Positions 53,831 to 64,000 of a stretch of DNA of 64,000 nt are shown one piece after another. The notes beneath the pieces were generated by a model. It did no database searches and was not told the origin of the DNA. It saw only the letters and a program-made list of their open reading frames with translations. Origin of the DNA: Cyanophora paradoxa CCMP329 (Eukaryota; Plantae; Glaucophyta); contig QPMI01000418.1 of NCBI GenBank assembly GCA_004431415.1, positions 1-64,000 on the forward strand. Reading direction: 5' to 3'. A program made the translations under genes and the position numbers. Each line of letters opens with the position of its first letter. The first letter of the stretch is position 1.

Positions 53831-56800
53831 AGAAAAAAAAAACGATGTACCCAGGCCATCGCGAAGGCCTGCGCGTACGGGAAACTGGCGATGCTAGCGC
53901 ATCGTCCAGCAGCATAAACAGCCTTCCGGCACCAAACGGAGCTGGAGGACATCGCCCGAGCACACCGGAGCCGAAAACAAGGCTCGCGACGCAACGCCAA
54001 CAACAAGATGCAATCCAAGCGGCGTCGCAGCTCGGCGGTGCAGAGGGAGTCGAACGATGTGGCGCCGCGCTCACTCTCGAGCCGAGCGACCACCAAGAAG
54101 CCAACGCCGCCCGCGACGGAACTCGAGCCGGGCGGCGACCGACCGAACAAGCTCCTTCTGCTTGCAGAAGCCCCCGTGCGATGCGCCCTTGCGAAGGGAC
54201 ATCACCCCGCCTCGCGCGTCGTTCGCGCCACCCGCCCGGGCCTCACGCCCGCCCCGCAGTTCTCAAATCACCACTCTTTCACTGCGTGGCGGGCGCGGGC
54301 GGCCGGCGTTCGAACGACGTGCCATCCGCGTTCGCTGCCGACGCTAAAGGCATGCCTCGCTCTGGCCGAAGTCATGGGGCCTTACACCGCCGTCGAGCGG
54401 TTTGGCTATCCGTGAATAAGCCCCTCCCCAATTCACAAACGGACCGATGTAACGGGGCCTTACACCGTCGTCGCGCGGTTTGGCTATCCGTCCGGTCCCC
54501 TCCGTTGCGCCGATGCCACGGGGCCACACGCCGTCGTCGAACGGCCCGGCTCTCCGAGGATAGGCAACCCGCGCGTCGATCCCCCGGGGCCGCAAGGCTC
54601 ACCGGGGTAAGATGCCCCCCTGCTATTCGCTCTCCGCGGCGCGCGCGCTCTCGCTCGCCCGCTCGCCACTCACTCCCGCGCTCCGACCCCCCTCCTCCAC
54701 GTCACCCGCGCTATCCCTCTCCCTCTGTTTTCCCCGGCTTACTCTTCCTCCTTCTCCTCCTTTTCCTCCCTTCATCGACTCGCTCCGAGCCGCTACCCGC
54801 CACAACCGAGTCCCCTTTTTCCGCCTATTCTCTCGAGCCCAGAGCTCTCTCTCTCTACAGCCCCACAGGGGCCCTTATCCTCTTCCTTCTCCTCCCCCTC
54901 GCCCTCCTTCTCTATGAATCCCCTAACGAGCCTTCCAGGCAGGCCCCGCTTAGGGATCTTACATCCCACGGCTCACGTCGTCCCCACGCCTCCCATTCCT
55001 TCCCCTCGCGCCCCTCCCTCCTCCTACCCCGCCCTCGAGCTAAAGGCTCCCGCCGACGCACTTGGCGTCCCCTACCGAAAGCCGCCCGACGCCGCCTCCG
55101 CCGCACCCGCTCACGCCCGACTACCTCTACTCCCTCCTTCCCCACCCCCTCCGCCCCCTGGGCACCTAGATCCCCCTACTCCCCCTACACGTCCCGCCCA
55201 ACACCCCGGGCCCCCCGCCGACACCACCCCCGACGCTTTAGCCGCTTTTTGGCCCCCTCCCTCCCACCCCCTCTGCCATCCGCCCCCACACCAGTCGACA
55301 TAGACCCCACACCCCCCCCCAATCCCACGGTTCCCACGCCCGCCCTACACTTATCCTCCTCTGCCCGGCCACGCCCACGCAACGTCCGCGCGCTCCCTCC
55401 CCTCCCTCTGAGGCCCCCCTTCTCCACGGCCCGAGCACGACGTAACTTTGACGCCGCCGTCCTCCTCCGTAAGACGTGGCTACCCGCCTCGCCTCCTCTC
55501 CCCCCCGTGGCACGGCCTGACCCCGGCCCCTCTCCACCTCACGTACTCCCGCCCAGACCGTTTCGCCTCTCCACCCGCCTTGCCACTCGCCTGAAGAACA
55601 CCGCCCCAGCGCTACGCCGTTCCCTCACCCTCTCACCCAGAGTACCACGTACCGCGCCCCGCCAACGCCCACGCCACCCCCTCACCCCCCTACCCCGACT
55701 ACCGCACTCCCTGCCCCGCCCAAGCTCCCCCATATCCTCTACACCCCCGGCCCCTCGCGCCCCTCCTCCCCCCCCCAAACCTACCCCCATCGGTTTCACC
55801 TTCCCCCACCGAACGCCCGCCCACGTGAGCTTCTCCCGCCGCACTCTATCCGAGCGCCTTCCACACCTCTCTCTCCTCCTTCTTCTCGCCCTTAATCACT
55901 TCTTCTTCCCTGTCCCCATCCCGCCTTCATCTCCGCGACCCCTCTCTCTCGCCCCTCCTCCCTGCCCCCCGGCTGCCCCCTTTCCTCCCCCCCCTCCCCC
56001 TCCCCCTTTCCTACCCCCAGTCAGCACTTTCGCTCCCTCCTGGCCCCTCCGAGCACTGCCTCTAACGTCGACCCCGGTCCCCCTTTCCTCGTCCCACTCG
56101 CCCCTCCCCCCCGGGCTCCCTCTCCCCCTTCTCCAACTCCCCCCCCCCTTCCTACTTCCTCCCCTCCTCTTCCTCCTCCTCCTCTTGTACCGCCTCGCAG
56201 CCCCTCTCCTCGCTCCCGCTCCCGCCCCACACGCTCTCCGGGACTTTCTCGCACAAGGTCGCCGCCGACTCACCCCTCCGCGCACAACCCCTGTATCTCG
56301 TACCCCGATAGCCCTCCTCCTCCTCCACCTCTACCTTGCTTCTCCGGCCCTCTCCACCCTAGCACAGATGGGCGTCTCCGCCCGTTTCCTCCTCGGATCC
56401 CTCCCACTTCTCCCCCTCTCCTTCCTAGGAGACCCCCCGCCTTTCTCCCCTCCTGCTCTGCCTCCCCCTCCCCCAGACCCACCACACCATACCCCCCTCG
56501 CGGCCGGGTGCCTTCTCCTCCTCCTCATAACTAATCGCCGCCGCTCCCTCCTCTCACCCTCTACCACCGCCCTACTTCACCTTCTCACTCTCCCCCTTCA
56601 CCCCCCGCCCCCGCCCCTGTCCCTGCACCCCCCCCCTCTCCCACCTCTAGCGCTTCTTCTCGCTGCGCTAGCCTGGGCTCAGCTTTCCGACAGCATTCTC
56701 CACTTCCCCCCCCTAGCTTTCGAACTCCTCCTAGTTACTCCGGCCTACCTCGCAGCGGAATGGCATGTCTTGGTCTGCACAGCCTACCACATAGTAGTAG

Positions 56801-57294
56801 ACCTGCGGCAAGCCCTCTACGGGGCCGAGGATCCGGGGTACATCCCACTCATCCTCTCCCTTCCCGCCACCGCCCCCCTCCTCCTCCTCCACTTCGCCCA
56901 GCCCGACCCCATCAGTTTTATCAGTCTCATCACCGCGGCCTCCCTCGCGGGTTTCGCGCTTCAATCCCTCCTCGAAAGTATATCCCCCCGCGGCCCCCTC
57001 CGCCAGGCCCCGTACCCGAACTACACCCCAGCTACGGTGCTCCGCTTCCTGCTCCTCACCGCCCTCCTTATGCGAGCACACGCGGGGTCGGCACTGCCGA
57101 ACCTTGCTCTCTCCTGGCCCCCCGTCTCCGCGTCGCTCGCGCTCGCGCTAGCTTTAGCGCTAGCCGCGCTGCTGAGGGCTGCATTACTGAAAATTTATAC
57201 CCCTGTTGCTCCTTCCCCCCTCGCTGAAAGGGTACACAAGGGCAACGAACCCCAGCCCCCAGCACCAGCACGCACGTGCCCGTCTCTCGCCGCT

Positions 57295-59321
57295 ATGGGC
57301 CGTAAGAAAGGCCAATCCCCAGCTCTCGGCGACCCCAGTTCCCCGGACTCGGAAGCGGGCCCCAACGATCGCGACCCAACGGACGCCCTAGCAACCGCAC
57401 TCCCGGCAGCCACGGCCCTTCCCCACGGGTCCCAGGAACAGCCGGGGCCGGGCCGATCGTCCTCTTCGCCCCCCGCTCCCTTGCCAGCAGCAGAAGGCGT
57501 CCCCGAAGAGCTCACGCACCCGGCCATCTCGGCGGCCTTAAAACAATCCTCCCAGAGCTTTGGTCTGGGCCCTGCACCTAACCTAAATTCCACTGTCACC
57601 TCTCTCACACACTGGCTCGTAGATACCGTCCGTCAGACCAAGGGCAGCCTCTATGGAGCGATGGCGATCCGGCGCAAAACCTTCTCCTCCCCCACGGTCT
57701 CCCTGAAAGTCTCTCCGGACGACACGGCCTCAGGCTGCCGGCGCTCTCTCCCGGAACAAGCCCGCAGCTCTCTCGCCCTCGTGGTCCCTTACACATCTTT
57801 CATGCCGAACATGCCGCCCGGTTTTCTGGCCCTTTCGGAAGGCAAACTGACTCCCGCGAACCAAGATTACATCAAAGCCAACCGTGGCTACGGCAACAAC
57901 TTTCTTCGCGAACACCCAACTCACCCAGACCTTGGCCGGCTTAACATGAACGGGGCAGTCCCCACAATCTTCAGCGGAACTGAGCGGGACAGCCGCCGCT
58001 CTTACTTGACCCAGGCAGTGGGTTTCCTGGTTCGCGCCCTCCTCACTCTCACCCGCTCTCTCCCGACGTTGACCCAGCCCCACAGCTGGAGCCCATGGGC
58101 CACTGGGCTCCTGAATTCCAAGTTAAGTTGCTGGATTGGGCTGCCCAAGATCTCCCTCTCCCGGACCGCAAAAGCGCCCGCGGTGCGATCCTGGAGGACT
58201 ACCGCGTCTCGCTGGAAACCCAGGACGGCAAAGAGCTATACGAGTACGTGGTACGCACTTAAGCTTCTTCTCACCATTCATCACCCTCCCGCTCATCCTC
58301 CGCACGCCCAGATCCGACACGTTGCCCCCGGCGGGCCCTTGCGCGCAGAGGACGGCTCCCCGGTCACCACCACGCTCGCAGAAGTCTTGACGGACTTTCA
58401 ACGCTATCTCTTCGCTGTGTTCCAGGCCGGTGGTCAGACACCGGAGGCAGCCGCCCGCGCCGCTGTCAACGCTATGCACGCCCTCACGTACACCACTAAG
58501 GCCGACGGTCACGAGGCCTACGTCCTCGTGGATAAAAGTACACACCGCGCACTGTGCGCAGCTGATCCAGCGGAGCAGCTCCCTCCTGCTGAGGCGGTCG
58601 TAGCCAGCGCCTTCTTTCCTTCTCTTCTAGGCTGCGCCCTCTGCCTCCCGCGCGGCCTCCACTCGGACGACCACCTCCGGAGTGCCTCCTTCTCGCTTTT
58701 TATCCCTGGCTCCACTGCCCCCTCGTTTGCGGCCGTGTCGTTCATCATTCGCGCTTTACACCTCCAGGGGATTACGGTTCTCGGCACGCTCACGTCCTCC
58801 CTTCCCTCCGGGAACCCCACTCTCGTGCTAGTTTGCGCGATCGACTCCTACTCCTCGCTCCCCCCCCCGAAGCGCCGAGTCTCTTTCTCCGACGACGGCC
58901 TCGACCTTCAAGCTTTCCTTCGTACCTTTAATATTACGGTCCAAACCCTCCTTTCCGCCCATCCCTCCCTCGTACTCACTGGTACCCTCAGGGACCCGAG
59001 ACCGCGCCGGTACTGGTGGACACCTACGAGATTCTTCTTGCCCCGCCGACCTCCTCCCCCCCAACAACGCTCACTTACGGCGATTTCAACCTCGAACTCA
59101 CGGTCGCCCTCTCCAAATGCTGCTCTAAATGCCGCACCGGCGCGGACCCGGCCGACTGGTTCCACGGGCCCATCACATGCCGGGTACCCCCCGCTCGTCC
59201 GACCTCCCCCACCGTCCACCCTCCCTCACTCTCTCACAGGCCAAGCGTCAGCGCACATCCGACGTCATTATGGTGGCGGCCCCCCCGACCCTCGCCTCCC
59301 CGCCCGTATCATCCCCGGTGA
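57295..59321 (+). pseudogene. Retrotransposon ORF1/gag-like relic (non-LTR type) with zinc knuckle; no RT seen
   Basis: MGRKKGQSP... reading frame with frameshifts, ending CSKCRTGADPADWFHGPITC (CxxC..H.xxxC) in the 59016-59321 frame; strongly C/T-rich sense strand. Confidence 0.45.
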
Positions 59322-59509
59322 TCGCGCGCCGCAAGGGCCGCTTCTAGTCCCTCTGACTCCGATTGTACGCGAACGTGTGTCCCCTCCTTCACGAATCTGC
59401 TTGGTCCAATACACTATTCTGGCACAGCTGCCTACTTTCCGCATTCACACAGAGCCCCCCGGCCACTACTCCGGCCGGTACACCTTACCCGAGCTCCACA
59501 CCATATATC

Positions 59510-60420
59510 TACCTAGAGCGACGCCGTCGGGCCCCTGCGCGCCGCTCGCCTCTCCTCCGCCCGCCCCGGTGCCGCGCGCCCTGCTGGACGCTGTCGGCCT
59601 CCCCGCCACCCGGCGCTGCGCCCGTACTGCCGGACCTGGACCTGGAGCGACGCCGCCGCCGGGCCTCAGCGCGCCGCCCGTCTCGCCTCCGCCCGCGCCG
59701 ACCCCTTGCGACCTGCACTACACTGTCAGCCCCTCCGATGCCCGGCTCTGCGCCTATGCTGACGGACCTGGATTAGCCGCGAGACCGCCGACTGGCCCCA
59801 GCACGCCGCCCGTCCCGCCTCCGCTCCGGGCGCCGCGCGATCTACAAGACGCTGTCAGCCTCTCCGCTGCCCGACTACGCGCCCGCGCTGACGGACCTGG
59901 ATCTGCAGTGAAGCCGCCGCCGGGCCCCGGCGCGCCGCCCGTCTCGCCTCCGCTCGAGCCGGCGCCACCGGGCCCCCGCGCGCCTCCGGTCTCGCCCCCG
60001 CCCTCGCCGGCGCGGTGCGCCCTGCAGGACGCGGTCGGCTTCCCCGCTGCCCGGCGCCGCGCCCGCGCTGACGGACCTGGACCTGACGTGCAGCCACCGC
60101 CGAGCCCCATCGCGCCCCGCGCCTCGCCTCCGCCCGAGCCGCGCGACCTGCAGAACACTGTCGGCTGCCCCGCTGCCCGGCGCCGCGCCCGCACTGACGG
60201 ACCTGGACCTGAAGGGAAGCCGCCACCGAACCCCAGCGCGAGCCGCGCCTCGCCTCCGCCCGCGCCGTGCGACCTGCAGGATGCTGTCGGCCGCCCCGCT
60301 GCCCGGCGCCGCGCCCACACTGACGGACCTGGACCTGAAGAGAAGCCGGCGACGGGCTCCAGCGCGAGCCGAGCCTTGCCCCCGCCCGCGCCGCGCGACC
60401 TGCAGGATGCTGTCGGTTGT
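59510..60420 (+). repeat. Degenerate ~120-bp tandem repeat (about 7 copies)
   Basis: Recurrent GACCTGCAGGA(C/T)GCTGTCGGC...GCCCGGCGCCGCGCCC..CTGACGGACCTGGACCTG. Confidence 0.9.
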
Positions 60421-61809
60421 CCTCGCATTGTTTTTCAAATCGATTTTTTTCGCGCGGGACCGTCCCGCGCGGTAGTCCCGCGCGGGACGCCTGCCGCACC
60501 GCACGGGACAGTCCAGCGTCTAGAACTTTGAAAGCAGTCTAGAAGTCCTGCGTCCGAGCTAGCCGCATCCCGGCTAGGCGGGTGCCGGGCACTGCCGGCA
60601 GCTGCAGCCGGCTTCGACTCCGATCCTCGGAACTTCGGAAAGTGGAAGGCCGCCCGCCCGGCGGCCTTCGCGGGCGCGGGACTTCGCTATTAGCGTGTAG
60701 AAGCATCACCGGCGGCTAGTAACGCGGAAGGCCGCCCGGCCGACGGCCTTCGCGGGTGCTGCTGGACGTTGCTAGTAGCGTGTAGAAGCATCACCGGCGG
60801 CTTCGATCCGCGGCAGGCCGTGCAACGCGGGTCAGTAGCCTAGTAGCTTCTCACAGGCCTTGCTACTCGCTCAGGTGCGCAGGAAGTGCTCGCTTGACGC
60901 CCGCGGCTCAGACAGGCGGCTCGCGCAGCTCGCTGACCGCCGGAGACTCCTTCGCGAGGCACGAGCGCAGCGGCCAGCAGCCCCGCCGTTCGTCTGGCAT
61001 CGTGCTCACGCCCTGATTCCGTCCCCACGGAGCGCCGTGCTCGCTCGCTCGGCAGCTCTCCGCCGCGAAGATGCAGGGCCCCGTGGCCGCGCCGTGCGTC
61101 TTTCCGCGCTAGGAGGGCTTTTGATCCACCTCGTGGCTCACGTGGGTGCGCAGGGACGGTTCGGGAGGCCCCACGGCCGAGTTGACAGGATGCGCAGCTG
61201 CAGCGTTGACCGCCGTTCGCGTTCCCGCGCGCGAAGCTTCGACTCCCACAGTGCGTGGGTGTGATGTGAGCGAAGCGTGTGCAGCTCCAGTGCGTCTGTT
61301 GCCGCTTCCGGGCTGATCCGTTCTGAACCCTGCGGCTGACCAGCGGCTCGCCTCCCGCGCAGAGCTTTCGGACCTGTCGAGCGTCGACCTCGTCACGCTG
61401 ATGCGTTTGGGCCACGGCGTTTGGACCGCGCCTGCCTCCGGAGGGCGGCGGCCTCAGGTGCGCGCATGCGCCGCGCGAGCCGCGCTTCGGGGCCGGCGGT
61501 CCGCGTTCGCGGCGCCTCCGTGTGCTCATGCTGATGCACGCGACTCACGCGCAGCTTCCGCGCGTCCTCCGCCGCCACGGTGCCGGCTCTCGCCTCAGGT
61601 GCGCCTTTCGAGCAGCATCGCTGCTCGCGATGATTTGGGGGCCGCGCGTGGCAGATGATGCAGAGCTAGACCGAGCTGGCGCTGCGCGGCTCCTCCTGCG
61701 GCAGCTGGCGAGCTGCGGCAGGCGATGTGGGGCGTCGGCCGCTTGGGGCAGGCGGGCTCTGTGCTTGCGCCGCGGGCTCTGCTGGCGGCGCGCGCTCAGC
61801 CTGGCAGCG

Positions 61810-62965
61810 GCCGCCGGTGCGAAGGTGCGGCAAGTGGTTGGGGCGCCCTCCGAGCTCCGCCCCGCACTGCTCGCCCCGCCTTCCCCGCCCCCGCCCTCAT
61901 TCGCTCGTGGCGGCAGGGTGCCTCTCGCGGGGCAGGGCGGAGGCGCGGCAGGCGGCGGCGCGGCTCGCGGGCGGGGCAGAGGCGCGGCGGGCGACGGCGC
62001 CTCTCGCGGGGCGGGGCGGAGGCGTGGCGGGCAGCAGCGCGGCTCGCCGCGCGGAGCAGGGGCGCGGCGGGCGACGGCGCCTCTCGCGGAGCGGGGTGGA
62101 GGCGCTGCGGGCAGCGGCGCGGCTCGCCGCGCGGAGCGGGGGCGCGGCGGGCGGCGGCGCAGCTCGCGAGGCGGGGCGGAGGCGCGGTGGGCGGCGGCGC
62201 AGCTCGGCGAGCGGGGCGGGGGCGAGGCGGGCGGCGGGGCGGCTGGGCGGGCGGGCGGAGGAGCGGCGGGCAACGGCCACCGGTGCGAAGGTGCGGCAAC
62301 TGGCGGGGCGCCGCGCCGGCGCCCTCCGAGCTCCGCCCCGCACCGCTCGCCCCGCCTTCCCCGCCCCCGCCCTCATTCGCTCGTGGCGGCAGGGTGCCTC
62401 TCGCGGGGCGGGGCGGAGGCGCGGCAGGCGGCGGCGCGGCTCGCGGGCGGGGCAGAGGCGCGGCGGGCGGCGGCGCGGCTCGCCGCGCGGAGTGGGGGCG
62501 CGGCGGGCGGCGGGGCTGGTCGCGGCGCAGGGCGGAGGCGTGGCGGGCGGCGCGGCGGCTCGCGGCGCGGGGCGGAGGCGCGGTGGGCGACGGCGCAGCT
62601 CGCCGCGCGGAGCGGGGCGCGGCGGGCGGCGGCGCAGCTCGCGAGGCGGAGCGGAGGCGCGGTGGGCGGCGGCGCGGCTCGGCGAGCGGGGCGGGGCGAG
62701 GCGGGCGGCGGGGCGGCTGGGGGGCGGGCGGAGGAGCGGCGGGCAACGGCCGCCGGTGCGAAGGTGCGGCAACTGGGCGGGGCGCCGCGCCGGCGCCCTC
62801 CGAGCTCCGCCCCGCACCGCTCGCCCCGCCTTCCCCGCCCCCGCCCTCATTCGCTCGTGGCGGCAGGGTGCCTCTCGCGGGGCGGGGCGGAGGCGCGGCA
62901 GGCGGCGGCGCGGCTCGCGGGGCGGGGCAGAGGCGCGGCGGGCGGCGGCGCGGCGGGCGGCGGCG
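61810..62965 (+). repeat. Very GC-rich ~470-bp tandem repeat (about 2.5 copies)
   Basis: Anchor CCGGTGCGAAGGTGCGGCAA...CCCTCATTCGCTCGTGGCGGCAGGGTGCCTCTCGCGGGGC at ~61814, ~62280 and ~62753. Confidence 0.9.
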
Positions 62966-64000
62966 GCTCGCAGTGAGCATCTGATCATGAGCACCCATGC
63001 ATGCAGTGCTCATGATGATCATGAGATTTGATCATGATGCCTGGAAAAGATCCCGACCTTCTAACTGACTGGCGAGGTGTACCTGGGCTATATCAAGGGT
63101 GCTGGATTTGATTTTGATAGTGTTAACGCTGAAAAGGCGCTCTTGCCTCGCCAAGCAATAGTGGGCCCCAATTGCCAACACTTCATTTGTGCCAATTCGC
63201 AGGGCAGCACAGACTCGCAACCGTCTTAAACCGACTGCATAATCAAATCTAGCGCCCTCGAGAACCCCCAACAGCATGCTCAGGGGTGCATGCGATATGG
63301 GCCCTAGGTTTCAATATGGCTCGCAGTGAGCATCTGAGCACCCATGCATGCAGTGCTCATGATGATCATGAGATTTGATCATGATGCCTGGAAAAGATCC
63401 CGACCTTCTAACTGACTGGCGAGGTGTACCTGGGCTATATCAAGGGTGCTGGATTTGATTTTGATAGTGTTAACGCTGAAAAGGCGCTCTTGCCTCGCCA
63501 AGCAATAGTGGGCCCCAATTGCCAACACTTCATTTGTGCCAATTCGCAGGGCAGCACAGACTCGCAACCGTCTTAAACCGACTGCATAATCAAATCTAGC
63601 GCCCTCGAGAACCCCCAACAGCATGCTCAGGGGTGCATGCGATATGGGCCCTAGGTTTCAATATGGCTTGCAGTGAGCATCTGAGCACCCATGCATGCAG
63701 TGCTCATGATGATCATGAGATTTGATCATGATGCCTGGAAAAGATCCCGACCTTCTAACTGACTGGCGAGGTGTACCTGGGCTATATCAAGGGTGCTGGA
63801 TTTGATTTTGATAGTGTTAACGCTGAAAAGGCGCTCTTGCCTCGCCAAGCAATAGTGGGCCCCAATTGCCAACACTTCATTTGTGCCAATTCGCAGGGCA
63901 GCACAGGCTCGCAACCGTCTTAAACCGACTGCATAATCAAATCTAGCGCCCTCGAGAACCCCCAACAGCATGCTCAGGGGTGCATGCGATATGGGCCCTA
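62966..64000 (+). repeat. 347-bp satellite, 3 near-identical copies, runs off the window
   Basis: Exact 347-bp period (63032/63379/63726) with only a few differences between copies. Confidence 0.97.

Noticed and set aside
53677-60531. A genuine single 2284-aa protein
   Set aside because: Begins inside repeat A, runs through low-complexity DNA and tandem repeats, and the zinc knuckle is in a different frame.
61522-63031. 400-480 aa ORFs in nearly all frames
   Set aside because: Extreme-GC tandem repeat lacking stop codons.
63032-63971. Three identical 81-aa genes
   Set aside because: Products of the 347-bp satellite unit with no recognisable domain.

Overview
GC-rich eukaryotic (protist/algal-type) genomic DNA in two parts. 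(1) 1 to ~16.3 kb: the right-hand part of an endogenous DNA virus. It has densely packed, mostly intronless genes: an HUH rolling-circle endonuclease, a penton-like single jelly-roll protein, a giant coiled-coil/fibre protein, a Peptidase_G2 fibre, an FN3+fibrinogen-domain protein, a paralogous pair, an HNH nuclease and several tiny membrane proteins. Twelve genes share an upstream motif, WWTTTC(T/G)-N~12-AAATG. Three (GGGACTT)n arrays delimit a non-coding inverted-repeat cassette, and a hairpin marks the probable border. HUH + penton + NCLDV-type late promoter best fits a mriyavirus-like (Yaravirus/Gamadviridae relative) or PLV-like element. No major capsid protein, packaging ATPase, polymerase or integrase is visible, so the classification is inference. 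(2) ~16.3-64 kb: host DNA with short, often GC-AG introns. It encodes a UBX/UAS (FAF2-like) protein, two oxysterol-binding-protein paralogues, a multipass membrane protein, a DUF3592 protein and a secreted Ser-Pro-rich protein. It also holds hAT and PIF/Harbinger MITEs with clear TSDs, a ~1.2 kb dispersed repeat, a LINE ORF1-like relic and tandem repeats. Most long ORFs in the host part of the ORF track are GC-rich artefacts.
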